A DNA stretch of 64,000 nucleotides from contig CAVUVW010000014.1 in assembly GCA_963745035.1 (NCBI GenBank), positions 352,001 through 416,000 on the forward strand, read 5' to 3'. Both the position numbers and the translations under genes were made by a program. The notes under the pieces are model-generated. The model ran no database searches and had not been told where the DNA came from. It saw only the letters and a list, made by a program, of their open reading frames with translations. The stretch comes from an uncultured delta proteobacterium (GTDB lineage Bacteria; Desulfobacterota; Binatia; UBA9968). Positions 16,401 through 24,966 of this stretch are shown piece by piece. Position 1 is the first letter of the stretch. Every line of letters begins with the position of its first letter.

Positions 16401-17051
16401 CACCAAGGAGAGGCCGAGCCAAACCGTCGTGATCGGGAAAACGATGGGCGTGAGCGCGCCCCGCCGGCGCCAGGTGAGAATCATCATCATCAGCAGGGGC
16501 GTCAACGTCAATATCCCCGCATAGTCGCTCACCCACAAGGTGAGCCACACCGACGCCGCCTCGCTTGTCGAAAGCGCTTGAGTGATTTTCAGCGCCGCCG
16601 CCGCGACCGACGGCGAGATCACCGAGCTGAGCGCCACCAGCCCGATGAAAAGAAGAATATCGCGTGCGGTACTCGGCGCGCGCCGTAAATGCGGGGCCTC
16701 GCTGTGGACGCAAAGATCGGGGATGAAGCGGCGAATCAACAGCGTCGCCGTCAACATTTGCAGAGCCGCCGCCGTGGCGATCGCCAGTGGTGCCGCCGGC
16801 GCCGCCAGACCGTCGAGCGCTTGAAAACTCACGATCAACGCGCCGATCCAGACGCCGATGCCGCCGCGATAGCCGATCGCCAGGCCGACCGTCAGAGCAA
16901 TCGCTGCCGGCGGCGAGAGCGGAGAACCGTGGCCGTACAAAGATAAATGGGGCTTGATCTGGGCGCTCAGAACATACAGGACGGCGACGACGACTGCTTC
17001 AAGCAACAATCGGAGCGGCAGCCGTGTCGAAATTGCTTTCATTCCTTGCAC
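13425..17051 (-). CDS. Membrane diguanylate cyclase: MASE1-CHASE-PAS-PAS-coiled coil-GAF-GGDEF
   Basis: Multiple N-terminal TMs, CHASE-like YYPILFSEP...GLDL, two PAS/PAC domains, DIDHFKRLNDTFGH, RxxD I-site (RGSD) and RYGGEEF. Confidence 0.9.
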   Translation of the reverse strand: MQGMKAISTRLPLRLLLEAVVVAVLYVLSAQIKPHLSLYGHGSPLSPPAAIALTVGLAIGYRGGIGVWIGALIVSFQALDGLAAPAAPLAIATAAALQMLTATLLIRRFIPDLCVHSEAPHLRRAPSTARDILLFIGLVALSSVISPSVAAAALKITQALSTSEAASVWLTLWVSDYAGILTLTPLLMMMILTWRRRGALTPIVFPITTVWLGLSLVVSYLMWQNKIVSANEKLRQDVHELARQVERSSERAVERSRAVKGLLTTAEGVRRADFRKFLARLSGGDRPPAQLQWVPRVKIEGRAQFEARARVDGAPQFEVFEWTTLGERVAAGSRPEYYPILFSEPVGDHPSEIGLDLASIPETAAVLNAARDFNRTTASFASTARGKKDRPRLYLYDPLYLDHEADPASVAQRREKFLGIVRIEIPIIELAKSAAAVGSFRNREIHLLDVTDDEEPLHLASFAATSGGWNESLPAANVQKLVQAQIGSHQAAQLALGGRELLLVARPGASYPGIGAIWDSLGVLLIGILITAALILYLRMRDRALLQMQLAERHYRALFDAAPAMYVLTGDENGAPVITDCNEVFLKTLKYARKDVIGRPLADFHSPSSRLKLLGDNGYRDAMQGNVVSGDRELIASDGALIPVLVRGDPVSNSAGEIVGTRAMYVDNSEQKSAEEQLRLVVESAPYGMLRIDESGTITLVNSQVEQLFGYSREELLGKPTEFLLPARFRAAQAGHSEQVFDRTEPRSIGRGRELFALRSDGTEIPVEISLNAIPAPGGTEVLASVVDITERKRVEEEIRALNVTLERRVAERTGEVQALNANLEHRVTERTKELEAENAQRRLVESELQQAHDDLQRSVLELERRNQEMRLVSEMVELLESCRNLDEAHNVISRRLPLLLRGTRGVLYMIAASRNLLESVSHWGEPNGEFDKILDPEDCWALRRNKPHGMASEETDLVCKHVELENGTAYLCLPMVAHGEIMGLLHIRYAESHEGVRNIIAQSALAAAEQLSLILANLRLRETLKNQSIRDPQTGLFNRRYMEDSLIRELSRAERLGRTVVVAMVDIDHFKRLNDTFGHTAADAVLREWSELLKAKFRGSDIVCRYGGEEFVIILPDISVDDARQRLEQLRSDLSGMIVREEGQSIQAVTVSMGVAFYPVHGRTSQSLLQAADHALYRAKETGRDRIEVAAGERPTEPVLEWSLRTS

Positions 17052-17684
17052 ACTATCGCCGAAACTGGCATCCCGCGGATTCGTTCTGAGCGTCGTTCTA
17101 TTCCAATGCCGGATACGACGAATTAGAGATCGAAGCAGCGCGATGCATCTGAGAAAGCCGACGCGCTCGTCAAAGATATTTCAAATCAATTATCCGCTCT
17201 CCGCGGATGCCTTGTCAATCACGCGCAGGCCGTCGTTGAAAGCGCCCGTTCAGGTGATCGCGGGCGCACCGTGCTCATTTCATCCTGAATCTCAATTTGA
17301 CCGACCATGTCGTCGCCGGTCACGTAGCCTTTCCGCGTTTCGATTGAGTTTGGCTTGCGCGATGCCGCCGAACGGAGCAACGACGTGCCTACAAACGCTT
17401 GAAGGACTGATCCCGGCGACGACGTCGGAAACATAAAATGACGGCGGTCTCGGTAATCGGTCGAATAGCGGGCATGCGAGATTTCATGGGATGTCCAGCG
17501 CGGCCGTTTTTCAAAGGCGAGCCTGGTATTGCAATCGCGCATCGGCGGCTTGGCTGCGAACCTCTTGAAACCTCTTGACTGCTCACGGCCTGAGCGTGCT
17601 AGGAGGATAGTTTAGTTGCTCGGCGAATATCGCACAATGTAGGAAATCGCGATAAGTTCGCCAGAAACGTACTTGCGAGAGCAA

Positions 17685-18614
17685 ATGATGACAAGTCTGA
17701 CACCGCTTAGCGCTGGCTTCGCGACCATCGGACAAGGCGCGGGACCGATGATGGTGACTTGGAAGGCCGGCATCTTCGAACGTCACGGACTCGCCATCGA
17801 CCGCCCGCGCATCATGGGCGGCGCCAGAGGCGTGGTGCGCGGCCTGATGGCCGGAGAAATCCAGTTCGGCAACCTGGCGGCGCCCGCGCCGCTTCGAGCC
17901 AACCTCAAGGGCGGAGCGGACGTGGTCTTTTTAACCGGTGGCATCAATCAGCAATTCGTCATCGGCCGTCCCGGCATCCGCCGCCGTGAAGAGCTGGCGG
18001 GAAGGAAAATCGGCACGGTCGGTGACGGCGGCATCGGTGATGTGCTGGTGAAGTTCATCGTCGCAAAATTGGCCGCGGCAGGCATTACGGGCCTGCGCGA
18101 AGAACCGCTAGCGCATGGCGCGGCGGCGGAGCTCGAAGCGCTTCTCAGCGGCAAAGTCGATGCGGTCGTCGGCACGCCGCCCGAGTGCATCGACACGATC
18201 CGCCACGGCTGCCACTATCTGATCGACTTCGCCGAGTACGGCTTCAACTACGCCCTCGGCGGCATCGCCGCGCGGCGCGCCTACGTCGAAAAGCATCCCG
18301 AGATCACGCGCAAGTTCGTCAAAGCCTACGTCGAAGGCATGCACCGCTACCGCACCGATCGCGAATTTACCATCGACGTCCAGGCCGACTACAGCGGCAT
18401 CGCCGATCGCACCATCGCTGCGGAAACCTACGATCTCACCCGGCCCGGCATGCCGCGCGCGCCCTACCCGGTCGCGGCCGCGTTGCAAACCCTGCTCGAT
18501 TTTATGGCCGGCGAGTTGCCGGATGCGAAGGGCGCCGACGCGCGCAAGTTTATCGACGATCGCTTCGTGCGCGAGCTCGAAGACGACGGCTTTATCGACT
18601 CGTTGGAAAAATAG
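17685..18614 (+). CDS. NitT/TauT (SsuA/NMT1-like) substrate-binding protein
   Basis: GIFERHGL, ELAGRKIG, ALLSGKVDA and C-terminal FIDDRFVRELE. No clear signal peptide. Confidence 0.8.
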   Translation: MMTSLTPLSAGFATIGQGAGPMMVTWKAGIFERHGLAIDRPRIMGGARGVVRGLMAGEIQFGNLAAPAPLRANLKGGADVVFLTGGINQQFVIGRPGIRRREELAGRKIGTVGDGGIGDVLVKFIVAKLAAAGITGLREEPLAHGAAAELEALLSGKVDAVVGTPPECIDTIRHGCHYLIDFAEYGFNYALGGIAARRAYVEKHPEITRKFVKAYVEGMHRYRTDREFTIDVQADYSGIADRTIAAETYDLTRPGMPRAPYPVAAALQTLLDFMAGELPDAKGADARKFIDDRFVRELEDDGFIDSLEK

Positions 18615-18628
18615 CGGCGTTTGCGCCC

Positions 18629-19645
18629 ATGGCGGAACAAATCATTCGACTGCGCTTTTGGCTTGCCGTCCTGTTCTTTGCCGCGATTCCGCTCTTTCCC
18701 ACCGGCGCCGCGAGCACCGACGGCTTGCTCGATGCCGCCAAGCGCGAAGGCGAGCTGGTTTATTATGCGTCGATGAATCTGGGCGAAGCCAATAGCGTGA
18801 TCGGCGCCTTCGAAAAACGCTACCCCTTCGTCAAAGTCAGGCTCAACCGCATCGGCAGCGAGAAGCTCTTGACCCGGGTTCTGACGGAAGCGCGCGCGAA
18901 AAAATTCTTTGCCGACGTGATTCAAACCGTCGAGTTCAGCATGCATGTCTTCCAGCGCAGCGCCATCCTGGCGCGCTACACGACGCAAGCGGATGCGCTT
19001 TACCCGAAAGAATTCAAAGCAGAGGGGTTTTGGACGACGGCTTACTACAACGCCTACGTGACCGGCTATAATTCCCGCCTGGTGCCGGCGCGCGCCCTGC
19101 CGAAATCCTATGACGATCTGCTCGATCGCCAATGGAAAGGCGCATTGATGATGGAAGGCACCAAGGCGGATTGGTTCGCCGGCATGCTGCAGATCATGGG
19201 CCAGGAGCGCGGGCTCCAATACATGCGCGCGCTCGCCAAGCAGCAGCCGAGCCCGCGCGAGGGCCACGAGCTGCTCGCCCAACTCGTCGCCGCCGGCGAG
19301 GGTCTTTTCGACATCAATATTCCCGTCGCATCGGTGGAGCGCATGAAGGAGCGCGGCGCCCCCATCGACTGGACGGCGCTCGGCCCGGTGCCGGCGATCA
19401 TGGTCGGCATTGGGCTCGCGGGTCACGCCCCGCATCCGAACGCGGCGAAGTTATTTTTGGAATTTGTCCTGTCGCGCGAAGGGCAAAAACTGATGCAGAC
19501 GCCGGGACGGCATGTCGCCCGCCGCGATCTTCCTAACGATCACAGCGCGCGGCTTAAAGAGCTCCAGATCGTTCCGGTCAACCCGGCGCTGGCGGAGAAA
19601 CTTGACGAATACGCCAAGCAACTGCGAACGATCTTTGGCAGTTGA
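18629..19645 (+). CDS. Extracellular solute-binding protein (AfuA/Fe(III)-thiamine-like)
   Basis: Signal peptide, AAKREGELVYY, YNSRLV...PKSYDDLL and APHPNAAKLFLEF. Confidence 0.85.
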   Translation: MAEQIIRLRFWLAVLFFAAIPLFPTGAASTDGLLDAAKREGELVYYASMNLGEANSVIGAFEKRYPFVKVRLNRIGSEKLLTRVLTEARAKKFFADVIQTVEFSMHVFQRSAILARYTTQADALYPKEFKAEGFWTTAYYNAYVTGYNSRLVPARALPKSYDDLLDRQWKGALMMEGTKADWFAGMLQIMGQERGLQYMRALAKQQPSPREGHELLAQLVAAGEGLFDINIPVASVERMKERGAPIDWTALGPVPAIMVGIGLAGHAPHPNAAKLFLEFVLSREGQKLMQTPGRHVARRDLPNDHSARLKELQIVPVNPALAEKLDEYAKQLRTIFGS

Positions 19646-19706
19646 CTTGACTCCAACACGAGAGCCGAGACCCAAAACTCCAAACATACAGCCTAAGGAG
19701 GCCGCC

Positions 19707-20480
19707 ATGCGCTTCATGTTTTTGAATCATTCATATAAACGCCATTCGGCCGAGCTTGAAGCGCATATCCTCAAGCTGCTTAAAAGCTACGCCGCGCCGG
19801 ACAGCACTTTCGAGATCGCTTATCCCGAAGATCTCGGCGGCGGCGCGGTCTTGAGCTTGCTCGAAGAGCGCAAGGCGTTGTCCGGCCTGCATCATATTCT
19901 GGAAACTCCCGCGCTGGTCAAAAAAGCCATCGAAGCGGAGCGCAGCGGATTTGACGCGGTCATCCAGAGCAACACTTTCGACCCCGGGGTCGAAGCCAGC
20001 CGGCTGGCCGTGCGCATTCCGGTGATCGGCCTGCTGCGCGCTTCCCTCCACTTTACCGCGAGCATCTGCGATAAATTCGGCCTCATCGTGCCGCTCGAAA
20101 CGCACATGCCCCACACCATGCGCATGGTGCAGACCTACGGCATGGCGAATTTTGTTTTGGGCATACGCACCGTCGGCCTTTACGACACCGGAGATTTATC
20201 CGGCTATCATGACGTCGTCGTCGAGCGCACCCTCAAAGTCGGCAAGGAACTGGTCGAACAAGGAGCCGAGGCGATCATTCCTCTCGGCGGAAAAATTTAT
20301 CCTTACGTCGTTAAGCCTGAAGAGCTGGCGCCGCATCTCGGCGTGCCGGTGATCAACACCAAGGCGGTGGGCGTGAGCTATGCCGAGCTTATGGCGCGCA
20401 ACAAGATCCAGCACAGCATCAAAGCGTATCCCTGCCCCACTGGGCTCGATCCCGACGCGGTGTCCGAACGCGCACGCTGA
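19707..20480 (+). CDS. Asp/Glu/hydantoin racemase family protein
   Basis: AERSGFDAVIQSNTFDPG, IPVIG, GAEAIIPLG and LGVPVI. RBS AAGGAGG. Confidence 0.75.
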   Translation: MRFMFLNHSYKRHSAELEAHILKLLKSYAAPDSTFEIAYPEDLGGGAVLSLLEERKALSGLHHILETPALVKKAIEAERSGFDAVIQSNTFDPGVEASRLAVRIPVIGLLRASLHFTASICDKFGLIVPLETHMPHTMRMVQTYGMANFVLGIRTVGLYDTGDLSGYHDVVVERTLKVGKELVEQGAEAIIPLGGKIYPYVVKPEELAPHLGVPVINTKAVGVSYAELMARNKIQHSIKAYPCPTGLDPDAVSERAR

Positions 20481-20590
20481 GCGGCTGCCGCTCCGGTTGA
20501 AAAACCCCACGAAAGCCGAAATGGTGGAGGACAAGCCCAGCGGTTTTTGTCACGCTCGGCAGAAGCCTATTTTGCAAGGGAAGGTGCGGC

Positions 20591-21685
20591 ATGATCATCG
20601 ACGGTGACGGTCATTTTTTCGAAACGGAAGAAATCTTCGACAAGCACATGGAACCGGCGCTCAGAAACTATCGTCCGAGACTGCTCTCGGACGACCAGGG
20701 CCATAATTTCTGGGTGGTCGATGGTCAGACGCCGTACAAAAGACCATCGATCAAAGGCGCGGGCGCGCCGGGAACCGCCGCACCTCCGGGAAACGCGCTG
20801 CAATCGGCGCGGCGGGCCACGCCGGGAAGCCAGACGCTCACCAATCTCAAAGAGCGGCTCGATGATCTCGACCGCGAAGGCATCGACGTTCAGTTTATCT
20901 ATCCAAGTTTTCTCCTGCACGTGAACGCCTGGCCGGACGGCGTCTTGGCGATGGGCGTTTGCCGCGCCTACAACACCTGGCTCGCCGCAGCCTGCAAGCA
21001 GGCGCCCGATCGTCTGAAAGCCGTCGGCGTGGTATCGCTGCAGGATGCCCAGGGTGCCGCCAAAGAGCTTTCTCGCCTGCACGATATGGGTGTGCCCGCG
21101 GTTATGATCAACGGCACGGCGGGCGCCAAACGGCTCGACCATCCGGACCACGAAGTATTTTTCGCCGAAGCCGATCGTTTGAAAATGCCGATCGCCGTGC
21201 ACTTCAGCCTGCAGTTCCCGGTGGTCGACAAACTCTTCGAGCACCACTTTCCCAACCGAGTGCTGGCGGGCATCTTGCCGATCATGGCCGGCCTAACGAG
21301 CGTTCTCTGTTCCGGATTGCTCGATCGTTATCGGAATCTGAAATTCGCCTTTCTCGAAGGCGGCATCAGTTGGGTGCCGGCGCACGTCGAGCGCATGGAC
21401 GATCATTTCGAGAACCCTCGCTATGGCGCGCGCGATCTGCTGAGACATCCGCCCAGCGATTATTTGAAATCGGGCCGGATTTTTTTCGGCTGCGAAGGCA
21501 ACGAGTCGTTTCTCGGGCGGGTGGTAGAGGAGGTCGGCGAAGATCTGTTCATATTTTCCTCCGACTACCCGCACGCCGACCGCACGGAAGGTACCGCCAA
21601 GCTCCTGCGCGAGCGCGACGACATCGCCGCTCCGGTGCGAAAAAAGCTGCTGGAGGAAAACGCTCGCCGTTTTTATGATATCTAA
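20591..21685 (+). CDS. Amidohydrolase_2 family metal-dependent hydrolase/decarboxylase
   Basis: IIDGDGH, RAYNTW, AVH, AFLEGG and FSSDYPH. Confidence 0.88.
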   Translation: MIIDGDGHFFETEEIFDKHMEPALRNYRPRLLSDDQGHNFWVVDGQTPYKRPSIKGAGAPGTAAPPGNALQSARRATPGSQTLTNLKERLDDLDREGIDVQFIYPSFLLHVNAWPDGVLAMGVCRAYNTWLAAACKQAPDRLKAVGVVSLQDAQGAAKELSRLHDMGVPAVMINGTAGAKRLDHPDHEVFFAEADRLKMPIAVHFSLQFPVVDKLFEHHFPNRVLAGILPIMAGLTSVLCSGLLDRYRNLKFAFLEGGISWVPAHVERMDDHFENPRYGARDLLRHPPSDYLKSGRIFFGCEGNESFLGRVVEEVGEDLFIFSSDYPHADRTEGTAKLLRERDDIAAPVRKKLLEENARRFYDI

Positions 21686-21860
21686 GGAAAACGAGGTAGA
21701 CTGAGAGACCAATTCCAACCGGGACCGCGACCGCCGTGTCGCGCGGTTCCTTGCATCTTTGCCAGTGGCGCCGCACGTCCGAAAACGCTTGCTTGATTTA
21801 GGCCCATCACTTGGTACACTTTTTTCAACGAGGCTTCGCTGCGGCGAAGGAGGTGTGGAG

Positions 21861-22043
21861 ATGGACCTGCCGAAATGCCAAAAGTGCAACAATGGGCTAT
21901 TGATTCCACTATCCGATTACGGCCAGGAAGGCGCATCGGTACAGTATAAAGCCTGGGCCTGTACCAATCCGGATTGCGGCTTTTCAATCCGCATCGACAA
22001 GGGCGAGGTAAGCTACGGCAAGAGAATCGAGCCGAAGCACTGA
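21861..22043 (+). CDS. Small 60-aa zinc-ribbon protein
   Basis: CxxC (CQKC) and CxxxxC (CTNPDC); strong RBS AAGGAGG upstream. Confidence 0.75.
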   Translation: MDLPKCQKCNNGLLIPLSDYGQEGASVQYKAWACTNPDCGFSIRIDKGEVSYGKRIEPKH

Positions 22044-22123
22044 AGCGTCGTTGAGCATTTCATAGACATCGGCTGCTCGACCCCATCACTCCAATACTCC
22101 ACTGCTCCATTATTCCAATCTTC

Positions 22124-22780
22124 TCACGCCGGCATGCTCCGGTTGAAACTCTGAATCGCTCTGCCGAAGAGTTCGCACCCCTGCTTCAAGGCAGCCAGGC
22201 ATTTTTGCTGCATCGCGCCGTCGGTAACGTAACGGCGCAAGATCTCGGGCGCAATCCACTCGTGTCCTTCCTCATCGGCGAGCAACGTGTCGCGATAGAT
22301 GGCAGCGGTTTTCGGGTCGATGGCTGACACTCGTTCGATAAACGACTTCGACGTTCGTGGAAAGAATTCTTCGTGGCCGAACTGCACGCTGGCGATAAGC
22401 TCGCAAAGCGAACCGAGCTGCGCGTGAAACTCCCACAGCTCCTTGAGCTCGGGCAGAGGATGGTTCCACAGCGCGTCGGGATCGCCGTTCAACTCGCTGA
22501 TTCTTTTGCGTAAGATCGCAGCGTGCTTGAGCTCGTTGACAACGTATTCCGACATCGGCTGCTGCAGATCGAGATCGGGGATTTTCCCGACCCACGGCGC
22601 GGTCACTTCGGCGGCCTTGCGCTCCATCACGACGCCGAACTGGAGACGGCGCAGGACCACGGCCGGCGCCAGCGGTTTTTCCGCGCCGTAGCTCTTCCGC
22701 TCGGCATTCATTTTTTCCCAAAACTCTTCTCTCGCCGCGACCAATTGCTGGAGAAACTTTTCAGGATCTAAGGCTTCCAT
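22124..22780 (-). CDS. Ferritin-like four-helix diiron protein
   Basis: E...ExxH (NELKH) and E...ExxH (DEEGH) pattern; RBS GGAGG. Confidence 0.75.
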   Translation of the reverse strand: MEALDPEKFLQQLVAAREEFWEKMNAERKSYGAEKPLAPAVVLRRLQFGVVMERKAAEVTAPWVGKIPDLDLQQPMSEYVVNELKHAAILRKRISELNGDPDALWNHPLPELKELWEFHAQLGSLCELIASVQFGHEEFFPRTSKSFIERVSAIDPKTAAIYRDTLLADEEGHEWIAPEILRRYVTDGAMQQKCLAALKQGCELFGRAIQSFNRSMPA

Positions 22781-22808
22781 GATTTCCTCCGCAGGATCGA
22801 CATCCCGT

Positions 22809-22836
22809 TTGACACACAGAATATTTAAGGTATTAA
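22809..22836 (+). promoter_or_regulatory. Putative sigma70 promoter
   Basis: TTGACA-16 nt-TATTAA in the AT-rich divergent spacer. Confidence 0.4.
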
Positions 22837-22900
22837 CAATACAGGAAATTTACTGCGAGTAAAGGCAACTTTCTCGGCCTTAATCGCAAGTATTCACAAC

Positions 22901-23656
22901 TTGAAATCTGCTATGGAACCCGCCGAAGCGAAAGCGTTCGTCGACAATCTCTACAAAGACGTTTACGCGCATTGGGATAAAAAGATCAACCGCGGCGCTT
23001 TCATGACGCAGTTGCGCAACGGCACCCTGCCCCTGCCGTGCCTGCGCCGTTTTTTTAAAGACTGGGGGCTTTTTTCCATCGAGGTCGTCGCCCTAAACGC
23101 CGTTTCCTACTACGTCCATCTACCGTTTTTTGTCGAGAACTACGATCTGCTGCCCGCGTTTTCCGATAAGATCGCCGAGGAACTCATCGCGCCCAAGCCG
23201 CCGGGTCACATTTTGATTCTGCTCGAAACCGCCAACGCGCTCGGCTTGTCGAAAAAAGAACTCTTCGAGCAGCCCGCGTCCGCTCCCGGCCGCGCGATCA
23301 GCGATTACTGCCGGCGCGTTTTTCAGGACGGCTCGATCATCGAGCTCTGGGGCGCGCACGCCTACGAAGAAACTCTCGCGCATTGGTCGAAACAATGGGG
23401 CACCGCGCTGGTCAGCCACTATGGCATGAGCAAGCGCCAGTCGATTTATTTCACCGAACACGCCGAAGCCGACCTCGTGCAGCACGAGGAGCGCATGGGA
23501 CACGGCCCGATGAATCGCATGATCCTCCAGCGCATCGTCGAACAAGGAAAGACTTCGAAAAAGCTCGGTTACGACCCCAAATACTGCGCCTTCACCATGG
23601 TGGATCTGCACGCGCTGATGGAACAACACGCGCTGGAGAATCCTTATCAGGCGTAG
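22901..23656 (+). CDS. Heme-oxygenase-like (TenA/PqqC/CADD) iron-containing redox enzyme
   Basis: EEL...GH, YEE and EH...D...H motifs in an all-helical sequence. Confidence 0.7.
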   Translation: MKSAMEPAEAKAFVDNLYKDVYAHWDKKINRGAFMTQLRNGTLPLPCLRRFFKDWGLFSIEVVALNAVSYYVHLPFFVENYDLLPAFSDKIAEELIAPKPPGHILILLETANALGLSKKELFEQPASAPGRAISDYCRRVFQDGSIIELWGAHAYEETLAHWSKQWGTALVSHYGMSKRQSIYFTEHAEADLVQHEERMGHGPMNRMILQRIVEQGKTSKKLGYDPKYCAFTMVDLHALMEQHALENPYQA

Positions 23657-23805
23657 ACTGTTGTGGCAACGCAGTCCAGCAAGCTGCAAATCTGCACGAC
23701 ACCATTCACCACGAAGTGATTTATGAGCTTACGTACGCTAGCCCGGCGCAAGCTTCTCATCGGTCAACGAACGGTTTACGCCTTGATTGGCGACGAAGAA
23801 CTCGA

Positions 23806-24786
23806 TCACCCGTCCGGCAGCCATTCGAGGCGGCCCGGGAATTTGCCGGTGACAAAACCCACGTGCCCGCCGGCATGTGGAAAATCCAAAGTCACGGCCT
23901 CGGACACTTCGTCATTTTGCGGCAGCGCGCTCTCCGGCAAGAAGGGATCGTTGCGCGCGTTGATCAAGAGAGTCGGCACGCGGATCGATTTCAACCACCG
24001 TTTGCTGCTCGTGCTCGTCCAATATTCATCGGCGTCTTTAAAACCATGAAAGGGCGCCGTGTAAAGATCGTCGATGGCGCGAAAGGTCTTGCACGCGCGC
24101 ACGGCGCGCGCTTCGATCGACAGACCGTGCGCGGCTATCTTGTCCAGCACTTTCGGCCGCATCGACTGCAGAAAGTGTCGCGTGTAGAGGAGTTTTCCCA
24201 CTCCGAAGTCGAGCTGCTGCGCCGCGGCTTGCAAGTCGAGCGGCGTCGATACGGCGACCGCCCGGGCAACGATTTCTCGCGCCGCTTCGGTCTTTTCGCC
24301 CAGCCACTTGAGCAGCATATTCGCGCCGAGCGAGATCGCGACGACGTGGATCGCGCGCGCGGGCTCCCGGCTTTTCAGGCGGCGCAGGATCCAATCGATC
24401 TCCTCGGAATCGCCGGCGTGATACGAGCGCGGCAAGCAGTTGGCCTCGGCGCCGCAGCCGCGGAAGTGCGGCACGACTCCCGGCCAACCGCGCCGCGCCA
24501 GCGCGTCCATTAGACTGATCGCGTAGTGGCTCCGCGAGCAGCCTTCCAAGCCGTGAAAGAGCACCACTAGTTTGGCCGGGTTTGCCGGCGCATCGAGCCA
24601 GTCGAGATCGATAAAGTCTTCGTCCGGAGTGCGCCAGCGCTCGCGCCGATAAGGCACCGCAAGATGCCTGGACAAAAACCTCGCGTAGATCGTCTGCAAA
24701 TGGCCGCCCGGCAGCCACCAGGGCGCAACATACTCGCCGGTGTTATTGTCCTCCTTGGCAAACTTTGCGTCTTTGCGCGAGATCAT
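23806..24786 (-). CDS. yheT: YheT-family alpha/beta hydrolase; C-terminus possibly frameshifted
   Basis: WWLPGGHLQT, FHGLEG, ISLG nucleophile elbow, NARNDPF and GGHVGF. Confidence 0.85.
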   Translation of the reverse strand: MISRKDAKFAKEDNNTGEYVAPWWLPGGHLQTIYARFLSRHLAVPYRRERWRTPDEDFIDLDWLDAPANPAKLVVLFHGLEGCSRSHYAISLMDALARRGWPGVVPHFRGCGAEANCLPRSYHAGDSEEIDWILRRLKSREPARAIHVVAISLGANMLLKWLGEKTEAAREIVARAVAVSTPLDLQAAAQQLDFGVGKLLYTRHFLQSMRPKVLDKIAAHGLSIEARAVRACKTFRAIDDLYTAPFHGFKDADEYWTSTSSKRWLKSIRVPTLLINARNDPFLPESALPQNDEVSEAVTLDFPHAGGHVGFVTGKFPGRLEWLPDG

Positions 24787-24966
24787 TCGTAGTCCAGTAG
24801 TGGGGAAAAAATCCGAAATCCGAAACAAGCCTCCAATTCTGAAAATTCTAAAACTCGGATACAGAGACAGCCTTGGTTTCAGCCTTATGTTTTCTGCTCA
24901 TTTGAATTTGTTGCATCCCGATTTGAAATTGTTTCGGATTTCGTGCTTCGAATTTGTCTCTATTAT

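Noticed and set aside
17052-17684. Short ORFs in the 630-bp divergent spacer
   Set aside because: No recognisable motifs or RBS; likely regulatory or decayed DNA.
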